This document shows, piece after piece, positions 17,392-26,337 of a DNA stretch of 64,000 bases. The first letter of the stretch is position 1. Every line of letters begins with the position of its first letter. The stretch spans positions 677-64,676 of the forward strand of contig CAMNHV010000009.1 in NCBI GenBank assembly GCA_946539855.1. Direction: 5' to 3'. The notes beneath the pieces were generated by a model. That model did no database searches and was not told the origin of the DNA. It worked only from the letters and a program-made list of their open reading frames with translations. A program made the position numbers and the translations under genes. Source of the stretch: an uncultured Lachnospiraceae bacterium (lineage in GTDB: Bacteria; Bacillota; Clostridia; Lachnospirales; Lachnospiraceae).

Positions 17392-19591
17392 GGCGGCAGG
17401 AAACAGCGGCTTCCTGCGCAGGCAGAGGGAACTCACGAAGCGGCGCACCGCGGTCTTATCGGTCACGGCCCTGTTCTTCTTCGTGTACTACATCTTCGGC
17501 GCGATCCTGTTTATCTCGAGGGGGCGCGCGGACGGTTTAAGACGCGGCCTGAGCGAAGTCCTGACCAGAAGGAACATCGCCGAGTCGCTGCGCCAGTGGT
17601 TCGGCCTCGGACAGCCGGTCTGGGTGTTCGCGATCTTCGCGGCGGCGCTGCTCGCACTGAGCGGATTCGCGTGGCTCTACGACCGGAAGAAGCTGGACTT
17701 CTACGAGAGCCAGCCGGTGTTCCGGAAAGAGCGGTTCCGCGACGTCTACGTGAACGGGCTGCTGCTGTACCTCGTGCCCTTCGCGATCTGTGCGGCGCTG
17801 TCGCTCCTGATCATCCTGGCATCGGGCTATGGAAACAAAGCGCTGCTCGCGGAGATCGTCCTCGCCGGCGCGAGAATGGGAATGTTCTTCGCGGTGACCT
17901 ACGCGGTGTCGGTCCTGTGCGTGATGCTCGCGTCCAACCTGGTCATCGGGGTCGTGCTGATCGCGTTCGTGCTGCTCTTCGAGATCCTGCTGCGAGCGTC
18001 CCTGACCTATTACTTCAGCAGCTATTTCGCGACGGTCGCGAGGAGCCCCGAGTGGACCGGTTTCTGGCTGAATCCGATCTACAACCACGTGCTTGCGAGC
18101 AGCGTGTACACGCAGAGTTACAGCAGTACGGGGTCGCTTGTGGTCCGTTCCGTGGGCCTTGTGCCGCAGCTGTACCTGTCCTCGGTCCTTCCGCGCGACA
18201 TCGCGAACATCGCGATCGGCTGCGCAGCGCTGGCGCTGTCCGTCATAGCTTATAAAAAGCGCCGGAATGAGACGGCGGGAGACGCGCTCGCGTTCCGCTT
18301 CATGCGGCCGGTCATCAAATTCCCGGCGGCGATCCTCGCGGCGCTGGTCGCCGGCGCCCTCATGGGAGCGATGTTCGGCTTCACCATGGGCGGAAACGAC
18401 ACGCTGCTGATCGTCTTTGTCCTCATCGTCGCGGCGGCCGTGATCTGCGGCTTCTGCGAGGCGGTCTTTGACTCCAACCCGCGGTCGGCGGTGAAGAACG
18501 CGTGGCACATCCCGGTCGCGGCCGGTGCGGCGCTGCTCATCTTCCTCGTGTTCCGCTTTGACGTGTTCGGCTACGACAGCTATCTTCCTGAGAGGGAAAA
18601 GGTTCTCAGCGCCGGCCTCATCGATTATCAGACCTATCGGGAGTACTACTCGTCGAAGGGATGGATGAACCGCGACGATTACGTCGAAGAGTATATGCAC
18701 CTGAAGAACACGGACGACCTGCTGGAACTTGCACAGATCGGGCAGTCCAACCTCCGCAGCTTCAGGGAGAGCGGCAGTGACGCAAACAACACAGGAATAG
18801 ACGGGTGGAGCGCGACCGTCATCTGGCATCTGTCGAACGGGCGGACTGTGATGCGCAGTATGCTGATCCCTTACAACATCGACGCGGCGCTCATGGACCG
18901 CATCATCGGGACGGACGAGTACAGGCAGGTGGTCTATGCCGCCACGATTCCGGAGGAGGAGCCCTTCCCGGAGGGGATCGAGTTCAGCTTCACCGACGGA
19001 TTCTCGACCGGCGCGCGGAAGATCCTCACGAAGGAGGAGTACGCAGCCTTCCGGACGGCTTATGAACAGGATCTCGGGCAGTACTGTTTTTCCCTTGCGA
19101 GGGATGAGACGCCGGTCGGAAAGATCCTGATCCACGGATATGACGAGCGCACGGGCCGATTCGTCGACGAGCAGTACGAGGTCTATCCGGAGTACCGTGC
19201 GACGGCGCGCTTCCTGACAGGCAGCGATCTGGCGCAGTTCCCGCCGAAGGTGGAGCCGGAGCAGTTCTCGCCGGTGCGCGTGCGGCGCTACTATGAGCCC
19301 GGGGAGTGCTTCGAGGCGCCGGAGGGCGTGGAGACGGAGTATGGGACCTACGAGGACGGCAGCCTCACGGGGGCGTACCTCGACGTCACGGACCCGGAGG
19401 AGATCGCGCAGCTGCTGGCGGCGTGCGTGCCGGGCGAGCTGGGGTCCTCCTGGGAGATTCCGAAGAAGCAGTACTATGAGCTGGAATTCTGGCACAAGGA
19501 AGGAATCAGTACTGGTGGAAATTACGTGAATTATGCGAGGTTTAAGGAAGATGAGATTCCGGGGTTTGTGCTGAAGGCGTTCGGGGAGTGA
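17363..19591 (+). CDS. ABC-2-type permease with large soluble C-terminal domain (DUF6449-like)
   Basis: About 11 TM segments, F..LY..KKLDFY.S.P motif, FD..GYD.YLP after last TM; ATG 17363 with GGAGGT RBS overlapping the ATPase 3' end. Confidence 0.8.
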   Translation: MTFARSSQSEAAGNSGFLRRQRELTKRRTAVLSVTALFFFVYYIFGAILFISRGRADGLRRGLSEVLTRRNIAESLRQWFGLGQPVWVFAIFAAALLALSGFAWLYDRKKLDFYESQPVFRKERFRDVYVNGLLLYLVPFAICAALSLLIILASGYGNKALLAEIVLAGARMGMFFAVTYAVSVLCVMLASNLVIGVVLIAFVLLFEILLRASLTYYFSSYFATVARSPEWTGFWLNPIYNHVLASSVYTQSYSSTGSLVVRSVGLVPQLYLSSVLPRDIANIAIGCAALALSVIAYKKRRNETAGDALAFRFMRPVIKFPAAILAALVAGALMGAMFGFTMGGNDTLLIVFVLIVAAAVICGFCEAVFDSNPRSAVKNAWHIPVAAGAALLIFLVFRFDVFGYDSYLPEREKVLSAGLIDYQTYREYYSSKGWMNRDDYVEEYMHLKNTDDLLELAQIGQSNLRSFRESGSDANNTGIDGWSATVIWHLSNGRTVMRSMLIPYNIDAALMDRIIGTDEYRQVVYAATIPEEEPFPEGIEFSFTDGFSTGARKILTKEEYAAFRTAYEQDLGQYCFSLARDETPVGKILIHGYDERTGRFVDEQYEVYPEYRATARFLTGSDLAQFPPKVEPEQFSPVRVRRYYEPGECFEAPEGVETEYGTYEDGSLTGAYLDVTDPEEIAQLLAACVPGELGSSWEIPKKQYYELEFWHKEGISTGGNYVNYARFKEDEIPGFVLKAFGE

Positions 19592-19595
19592 AAGA

Positions 19596-19624
19596 GAGGG
19601 AGCGATGATGTCGCTCCCTCTTTC
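19596..19624 (+). terminator. Rho-independent terminator of the GntR-ABC operon
   Basis: GAGGGAGCGA-tgatg-TCGCTCCCTC + TTT. Confidence 0.75.
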
Positions 19625-19626
19625 AA

Positions 19627-19655
19627 TTTACTTTGCGGCACAATTATCATACAAT
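19627..19655 (+). promoter_or_regulatory. Putative sigma-A promoter for lepA-hemW
   Basis: TTTACT-17 bp-TACAAT. Confidence 0.55.
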
Positions 19656-19728
19656 GACGGTTGTAGTCAGGACCCGCGGGCGGTCCGCGGCGGCGAAAAG
19701 CCGGTGACGTTAGAAAGTGAATCGACAT

Positions 19729-21552
19729 ATGACAGATACTTCGGTATTACAGAAGCATATTAGAAATTTTTGCATCGTGGCGCACATCGACCACGGCAAA
19801 TCAACGCTGGCCGACCGGATGATCGAGAAGACCGGCGTTTTGACGAGCCGTGAAATGCAGAGCCAGGTGCTGGACAACATGGATCTCGAGCGGGAGCGCG
19901 GGATCACGATCAAGTCGCAGGCGGTCCGCCTGATCTATCAGGCGAAGGACGGCCAGGAGTACATGTTCAACCTGATCGACACGCCCGGGCACGTCGACTT
20001 CAACTATGAGGTGTCCCGCTCGCTGGCGGCGTGCGACGGCGCGATCCTTGTCGTCGACGCGACGCAGGGTATCCAGGCGCAGACGCTGGCAAACGTCTAT
20101 CTTGCGCTGGACCATGACCTGGACGTTTTCCCCGTCATCAACAAGATCGACCTGCCGAGCGCGCGCCCGGACGAGGTGAAGAAGGAGATCGAGGACGTCA
20201 TCGGCCTGGAGGCGGAGGACGCGCCGCTCATCTCCGCGAAGCAGGGCATCGGCATCGAGGACGTCCTGGAGGAAGTGGTCACGAAGATCCCCGCGCCGGA
20301 CGGAGATTCCGATGCGCCGTTAAAGGCGCTGATCTTTGACTCGCTCTATGATTCTTACAAGGGCGTGATCGTCTTTGTCAGGCTCCGGGACGGGAGACTG
20401 AAGAAGGGCATGAAGGTCCGCATGTGCGCGAGCGGCGCGGAGGCGGAAGTCGTCGAGGTCGGGTATTTCGGCCCCGGACAGTTCCTTCCGTGCGACGAGC
20501 TCAGCGCGGGCATGGTCGGCTACTTCACCGCTTCCATCAAAAACATCCGCGACGCGAGAGTCGGCGACACCGTGACCGAGTCTGTGCGTCCCTGCGAAGA
20601 GGCGCTGCCCGGCTACAAGAAGGCGCAGCCGATGGTCTACTGCGGCGTGTATCCGTCCGATACCCAGCGCTACCCGGATCTCAAGGACGCACTGGAAAAG
20701 CTTCAGCTCAACGACGCCTCGCTCTTCTTCGAGCCGGAGTCGTCGCTGGCGTTAGGCTTTGGCTTCCGCTGCGGCTTCCTCGGGCTTCTGCACATGGAAG
20801 TTATCCTGGAGCGGCTCGAGCGCGAGTATGATCTCGACCTCATCGCGACGGCGCCCGGCGTCGTCTACAGGATCTTTAAGACCGACGGCACGATGATGGA
20901 ACTGACCAATCCTTCGAACCTGCCCGACGAGACCCTCATCGAGCACATGGAGGAGCCGATCGTCAGCGCGGAGATCATGGTGACGACCGAGTTCATCGGC
21001 TCCATCATGCAGCTGTGCCAGGAGCGGAGAGGAAGATACCTCGGCACCGAGTACATCGAGCAGACGCGCGCGATCCTGCGCTATGAGCTGCCGCTCGGCG
21101 AGATCATCTACGATTTCTTTGATGCGCTCAAGTCAAGATCGAAGGGCTATGCATCTTTTGACTATGAACTCAAGAATTACGAGCCCGCGAAGCTGGTGAA
21201 GCTCGACATCCTCGTCAACAAGACGCCGGTCGACGCGCTCTCGTTCATCGTGCATGCGGACGGCGCTTACGAGCGCGGCAGGAAGATGTGCGAGAAGCTG
21301 AAGGACGAGATCCCGCGCCAGCTGTTCGAGGTGCCGATCCAGGCTGCGGTCGGCGGGCGCGTCATCGCGAGAGAGACGGTCCGCGCGGTCCGCAAGGACG
21401 TCCTCGCCAAGTGCTACGGCGGCGATATCTCGCGTAAGAAGAAGCTCCTGGAGAAACAGAAGGAAGGCAAGAAGCGGATGCAGACGATCGGCAACGTCGA
21501 GATCCCGAAGGAAGCCTTCATCAACGTCCTCAAGCTGGGAGAAAACGATTGA
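19729..21552 (+). CDS. lepA: Elongation factor 4
   Basis: [78 protein letters not shown]. Confidence 0.97.
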   Translation: MTDTSVLQKHIRNFCIVAHIDHGKSTLADRMIEKTGVLTSREMQSQVLDNMDLERERGITIKSQAVRLIYQAKDGQEYMFNLIDTPGHVDFNYEVSRSLAACDGAILVVDATQGIQAQTLANVYLALDHDLDVFPVINKIDLPSARPDEVKKEIEDVIGLEAEDAPLISAKQGIGIEDVLEEVVTKIPAPDGDSDAPLKALIFDSLYDSYKGVIVFVRLRDGRLKKGMKVRMCASGAEAEVVEVGYFGPGQFLPCDELSAGMVGYFTASIKNIRDARVGDTVTESVRPCEEALPGYKKAQPMVYCGVYPSDTQRYPDLKDALEKLQLNDASLFFEPESSLALGFGFRCGFLGLLHMEVILERLEREYDLDLIATAPGVVYRIFKTDGTMMELTNPSNLPDETLIEHMEEPIVSAEIMVTTEFIGSIMQLCQERRGRYLGTEYIEQTRAILRYELPLGEIIYDFFDALKSRSKGYASFDYELKNYEPAKLVKLDILVNKTPVDALSFIVHADGAYERGRKMCEKLKDEIPRQLFEVPIQAAVGGRVIARETVRAVRKDVLAKCYGGDISRKKKLLEKQKEGKKRMQTIGNVEIPKEAFINVLKLGEND

Positions 21553-22760
21553 AGAACTTATCCCTGTACCTGCATATTCCGTTCTGTGTGCGGAAATGCA
21601 GGTACTGTGATTTTCTGTCCGGGCCCGCGGATGAGGCGGCCCGGCAGCGATATGCCAAGGCGCTCTGTCGGGAGATTCGGGCGGCGGGGGAGTTCTGCCG
21701 GGAAAAAGAAACCGTCACGACAGTATATCTCGGAGGTGGTACCCCGTCAGTTCTTGCGCCTGTCCAGATCAGGAAGATTCTGGATACGGTGCGGGAATGC
21801 TTTTCTCTTGAGGAGAATGTCGAGATCACGATGGAGATCAATCCGGGTACAGTGACGGAAGAGGATCTGCGCAGTCTTCGTGCGGCGGGGATCAACCGGC
21901 TGTCCGTCGGGGTGCAGTCCTTCCGGGATGATGAGTTGAAGCTTCTCGGGCGGATCCACACGGCGGAGGAGGCGAAGGATGTCATGCGGGCGGCGCGCCG
22001 CGCGGGATTCTCCAACCTCAGTCTGGACCTCATCAGTGCGCTGCCGGGGCAGAAGCTCGAAGACTTCATCTTCAATCTTGAGGAGGCGGCCGCTTTGCGG
22101 CCGGAGCACATCTCGGTCTACAGCCTGATCCTCGAGGAGGGAACGCCGCTTGCGCGCATGGCGCAGGAAGGGCAGCTGCCGCCGCTTCCGGGCGACGAGC
22201 TGGACCGCGAGATGTATCACGAGACGGCGAAGATCCTCGCTCGGCATGGCTACCACCGCTACGAGATCTCCAATTACGCAATGGATGGCTTCGAGAGCCG
22301 CCACAACAGCGGCTACTGGACCGGGCGCGAATACCTCGGCCTGGGCCTCGGGGCGTCGTCGTACTTCGGCGGAGTGCGCTTCCGCGGGACGGCGTCGATG
22401 GGGGAGTATTTGGGGTATTACGGGGAGAAGGATCTCTCTTCGGTTAAAGTGGAAGGGACGGACTTTTCTTCCATCTCGCAAGAGGGCACTGTGTTTGCGG
22501 ACGCCCCTCGGGAAGAAATGGAACAGCTTTCAGAAGAAGATCGCATGGCTGAATTCATGTTCCTCGGATTGCGCATGACGCGAGGGGTCAGCGAGAACGA
22601 ATTTCTGGAGCGGTTCGGAGCATCAATGGAAGACATCTATGGCAAAGTCCTGCAGAGACATCTCGCAGCCGGCGTCATTGAGAGAACTGACGGCCGCGTA
22701 TTCCTCACAGAGCGCGGCATTGACGTGAGCAATGCGGTGATGGCGGACTATCTGTTGTGA
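21549..22760 (+). CDS. hemW: Radical SAM heme chaperone (HemN-like)
   Basis: [59 protein letters not shown]; conserved position after lepA. Confidence 0.9.
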   Translation: MKNLSLYLHIPFCVRKCRYCDFLSGPADEAARQRYAKALCREIRAAGEFCREKETVTTVYLGGGTPSVLAPVQIRKILDTVRECFSLEENVEITMEINPGTVTEEDLRSLRAAGINRLSVGVQSFRDDELKLLGRIHTAEEAKDVMRAARRAGFSNLSLDLISALPGQKLEDFIFNLEEAAALRPEHISVYSLILEEGTPLARMAQEGQLPPLPGDELDREMYHETAKILARHGYHRYEISNYAMDGFESRHNSGYWTGREYLGLGLGASSYFGGVRFRGTASMGEYLGYYGEKDLSSVKVEGTDFSSISQEGTVFADAPREEMEQLSEEDRMAEFMFLGLRMTRGVSENEFLERFGASMEDIYGKVLQRHLAAGVIERTDGRVFLTERGIDVSNAVMADYLL

Positions 22761-23097
22761 TCGTGGACGGATTACCGCTATGAATACCCACTTTTGTAGA
22801 TATTCATACGCAATCATTATTCTTTAGAAATTGTATATGGACCAGTGATTTCTGAGACTTGGGGCGGGCATTGACCCGCCTCTTTGCATCTGCTATCGTT
22901 ATAAATGTTCGGATGCCTGTTCAGGCGTTCGCAATTACTTCGCTCCTTGTCAGGGTGAAGATCCAGCCTCATATCGAGGCGTTTATCAGCAAACAATTAT
23001 CTTTGAAATGTTTCATGGCCGCAGTGTCATCGGCTCCGGAACGATTGCTTTGTGCTGGGAAAGGTATGCCTTCCCAGACAGGCGGAAAGGAGCACGT

Positions 23098-24906
23098 ATG
23101 TACAGTTGTGTCACTGCGGGAGCCCTGCTCGGGCTCACTTGTTATCTGGTCCGCGTCGAGGTCGACATCGCGCCGGGCCTGCCGGTCTTTGACATTGTCG
23201 GTATGGCGGGGACGCCGGCCCGGGAGAGTCGGGAGCGCGTTCGCGTCGCGCTTCACAGTCTCGGGATCCGGATGCCGGCGAGCCGGATCACGGTCAGTTT
23301 CTCTCCGGCGGACGTTCCGAAGAGAGGATTTGTGCCGGATCTGCCGGTCGCGATCGGCATTCTCATCTGCCTCGGACAGCTGCGGCAGGAAGATCTGGAA
23401 GACACGTTGATTTCCGGGGAGCTTGGTCTCTCAGGAGAAGTCAGGACAGTCCGGCGAGGAATGATGCTTCTTGCGGAAACGGCCGCGAAAGAAGGCATTC
23501 GCACGATCATCGTGCCGGAAGAGAATACGGCGGAGGGCGCGATCGCTGCGGATGGGACGCTCACCACAGGCAGTAAGGAAGCCGCGGGAGGAACACTTCA
23601 TAGTACGATAGAAGCGCATTCAGCAGGCAAGAAAAATGAGCAGAGGCTGAAGGTCATTGGCGTTCGTAACCTGGAGGATTGCATCCGCTATTTGAAAACA
23701 GAGAAGAAAGAGCGGGATGCAGTTATTGCTCCTGCGGTAAGCCGCCTCAGGGAGAGGATCCGCGACGATATGGAGACAGGCCCTGACTTCTCAGATGTAC
23801 ATGGCCAGAGGGAGGCGAAGCGAGCGCTTGAAATCGCTGCCGCCGGATTCCATAACATCCTGATGATCGGCCCGCCCGGCGCGGGGAAGAGCATGCTTGC
23901 TTCCCGCCTTCCTGGAATTCTTCCACCGCTTTCTGAAGCAGAGAGCATGGAAGTGACCGAGATCTACAGTGCCGCAGGATTGCTGGACAGGAAAGATCCG
24001 CTGATCACGAGACGTCCATTTCTTGCGCCGCATCACACGGTCACTGGCGTAGCACTTACCGGCGGAGGGGAGTATCCCATGCCAGGCCTCATTTCTCAAG
24101 CGCACAGAGGCGTCCTTTTTCTCGATGAGCTTCCTGAATTCCGGCGAGATACGGTGAATCTTCTCCGCCAGCCGATGGAAGAGCGACAGATCCGCATCGT
24201 GCGCAGAAGCGGCACGTATACCTATCCTGCTCGTTTTCTCCTTTGCGCTGCGGCAAACCCATGTCCGTGCGGCTTCTGGCCGGACAGATCCAGGTGCCGC
24301 TGCTCCGAGAAAGACGTTGTGCGCTACCAGAACCGGATCCCCGGTCCTCTGCTCGACAGAATCGACTTGTGCATCACCCTTCGTCAGGTCGAAGTGGAAG
24401 AACTCACGGGAGGCGCCTCAGAAGAATCCAGCCGTGAGATCCGCGAGAGAGTGATGCGTGCCGTAGCACGGCAGCAGGAGCGCTTCCAGATGAGTAAGGA
24501 CTGCAGGCAAGACGAGGCTTACCTGCAGGCAGCAGAACGAAATCTGGAGGAGCTTCAATTGCTTGCTGCAGGTCAGATAGCTTCCTCAGATTCCGAACGG
24601 AACTCTGTCCCAGACACCGGAAGTGAATCTCGCCGCGAGGACACGCCATCAGGCAGAAGCAGAACACATTTCAACGGCGACATGCTGCCGGCGGAAGTAG
24701 AGAAATATTGTGCTCTGGGTAAACAGGAGAGGCTATTCGCTGAGAACTTGTTCCGCAGACTCAAGATGTCCGCGCGAGGCTTCCACCGCCTCCTGAAGGT
24801 GGCTCGTACAATTGCAGACCTTGAAGGCGAAGAGAGGATCCTCGTTCCGCATCTCGCGGAAGCTGCAGCCTACCGCTTCCGCTTCGATGCCGTAGAAATG
24901 TTGTGA
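23098..24906 (+). CDS. comM: YifB/ComM AAA+ helicase (Mg-chelatase-related) with insertions
   Basis: ESRERVR.A, GELGLSG.VR, D..DV.GQ..AKRALEIAAAG.HNILMIGPPGAGKSML, F.APHH, AHRGVLFLDELPEF, NPCPCG, GPLLDRIDL, SARG..R.LKVARTIADL; RBS GGAAAGGAG. Confidence 0.93.
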   Translation: MYSCVTAGALLGLTCYLVRVEVDIAPGLPVFDIVGMAGTPARESRERVRVALHSLGIRMPASRITVSFSPADVPKRGFVPDLPVAIGILICLGQLRQEDLEDTLISGELGLSGEVRTVRRGMMLLAETAAKEGIRTIIVPEENTAEGAIAADGTLTTGSKEAAGGTLHSTIEAHSAGKKNEQRLKVIGVRNLEDCIRYLKTEKKERDAVIAPAVSRLRERIRDDMETGPDFSDVHGQREAKRALEIAAAGFHNILMIGPPGAGKSMLASRLPGILPPLSEAESMEVTEIYSAAGLLDRKDPLITRRPFLAPHHTVTGVALTGGGEYPMPGLISQAHRGVLFLDELPEFRRDTVNLLRQPMEERQIRIVRRSGTYTYPARFLLCAAANPCPCGFWPDRSRCRCSEKDVVRYQNRIPGPLLDRIDLCITLRQVEVEELTGGASEESSREIRERVMRAVARQQERFQMSKDCRQDEAYLQAAERNLEELQLLAAGQIASSDSERNSVPDTGSESRREDTPSGRSRTHFNGDMLPAEVEKYCALGKQERLFAENLFRRLKMSARGFHRLLKVARTIADLEGEERILVPHLAEAAAYRFRFDAVEML

Positions 24907-24960
24907 ATCAAAAACAAGTTTATGTCATGAAATGATGGAACAAGAATTGGAGATGATGAG

Positions 24961-26337
24961 ATGAAAAGAGACAGCAGCCGGTACTCCGCGAGGCAGCTTC
25001 TTCTCTGGCTGAGCTATGGAGCACAGATCGGACAGGGAACGCTCCAGAGGCTCACCGGCGAAGTAACAGATGAAATAACAGAAAGCATAGCAGCATCAGA
25101 GAGTGGAGGATTCTCACAAGCATATTCAAATGAAGATGGCGACGAGACTTCCGACACAAGCCAGGAAAGCAGAGATAACGACACGCCCAAAGGTCAAGGG
25201 GCCAGGATCCCGCTGCGGGCTCTGTTCGAGATGGGTGAAGAAGAATTACAGAAAGCAGTGAGCGGAAGGTACCGAGATTTGAAAAACGCGGGCGCGGCTA
25301 CAGGCAGATTGCTGAGGGCGAGATGTCTCGATCCGCAGGGGCTGGAAGAGCAGATAATGCGGACAAAAGTGCGCTACGTCACGATCCTGGACGAGGAATA
25401 CCCGGCAAAACTCCGCGAGACCCCGGACCCGCCATACCTGCTCTACTATATCGGGTCCCTGCCGGACGAGCGGCTGCCATCCGTGGGCATGATCGGCACG
25501 CGCGCCTCGACCGTCTACGGGAGAAAGCAGGCGGAGCAGTTCGCCTCCGCGCTGGCTTTTGCGGGAGTGCAGATCATCTCGGGCATGGCACGAGGAATTG
25601 ACGGCGTCTCTGGAAGATCGGCCCTGCTCGCAGGAGGCCGTTCCTTTGCGGTGCTGGGATGCGGCCCCGACATCTGTTATCCGGAAGAAAACCGCGACCT
25701 CTACGAACAGCTTCAATCGCAGGAAGGCTCGGGCATCCTCTCGGAGTATTGCCCGGGAACGCAGCCGGTCAGCGGACTCTTTCCGCTTCGCAACAGGATC
25801 ATCAGCGGGCTATCGGACGCACTGCTCGTCGTCGAGGCGCGGGAGCGGTCCGGCACAATGATCACTGTTGAGCGGGCGCTGGACCAGAACCGGGAAGTTT
25901 ATGCACTGCCGGCCCGCGTCACGGATGCGGCATCTTCCGGCTGCCTGCAGCTCCTGCGGCAGGGCGCGATGATCGCAACGAGACCGGAAGACATCCTCGA
26001 GGACATCTTCGGAATAGCTGCAGACTTGAGAGCAGGGACGCAACGCAGGCATGAAAAAGCGACGCAGCTGGAAATGAAACAGGAAGTTCGAGGAAAAGGA
26101 GAACCAACCAGGATCACGGGTGCTCCGCTCACTCAGCTTGAGGCCGCGGTTCTGCGTTCTCTGGATGAAGGAGAGGAAAGGAGCGCGGATGACATCTATG
26201 AATCTGTGAGGAAGGCCCTTGGCTACAGCGCGGGGATCCGCGAGATCACGACAACACTGCTGATGCTCTCGATGCGGGGAATCGTCCGGGAAGAATCCCC
26301 GGGCAGGTATACGGTTGGTGGTATACTGGAGGCATGA
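24961..26337 (+). CDS. dprA: DNA-processing protein A
   Basis: YP..LRE..DPP..LY..G, GTR..T.YG, ISGMARGID, AVLGCG.D.CYP.EN, F..RNRIISGLS, VVEA.ERSG..IT...AL.Q.REV. Confidence 0.93.
   Translation: MKRDSSRYSARQLLLWLSYGAQIGQGTLQRLTGEVTDEITESIAASESGGFSQAYSNEDGDETSDTSQESRDNDTPKGQGARIPLRALFEMGEEELQKAVSGRYRDLKNAGAATGRLLRARCLDPQGLEEQIMRTKVRYVTILDEEYPAKLRETPDPPYLLYYIGSLPDERLPSVGMIGTRASTVYGRKQAEQFASALAFAGVQIISGMARGIDGVSGRSALLAGGRSFAVLGCGPDICYPEENRDLYEQLQSQEGSGILSEYCPGTQPVSGLFPLRNRIISGLSDALLVVEARERSGTMITVERALDQNREVYALPARVTDAASSGCLQLLRQGAMIATRPEDILEDIFGIAADLRAGTQRRHEKATQLEMKQEVRGKGEPTRITGAPLTQLEAAVLRSLDEGEERSADDIYESVRKALGYSAGIREITTTLLMLSMRGIVREESPGRYTVGGILEA

Noticed and set aside
22741-22780. Possible degenerate duplication of the hemW 3' end (GCGGACTATCTG vs ACGGATTACCGC), mirroring the hypF relic
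   Set aside because: Similarity is too short and weak to distinguish from chance.
23078-23097. CAGGCGGAAAGGAGCAC resembles the SRP RNA helix-8 motif
   Set aside because: It is the comM ribosome-binding site, and the surrounding sequence does not form the long SRP stem.
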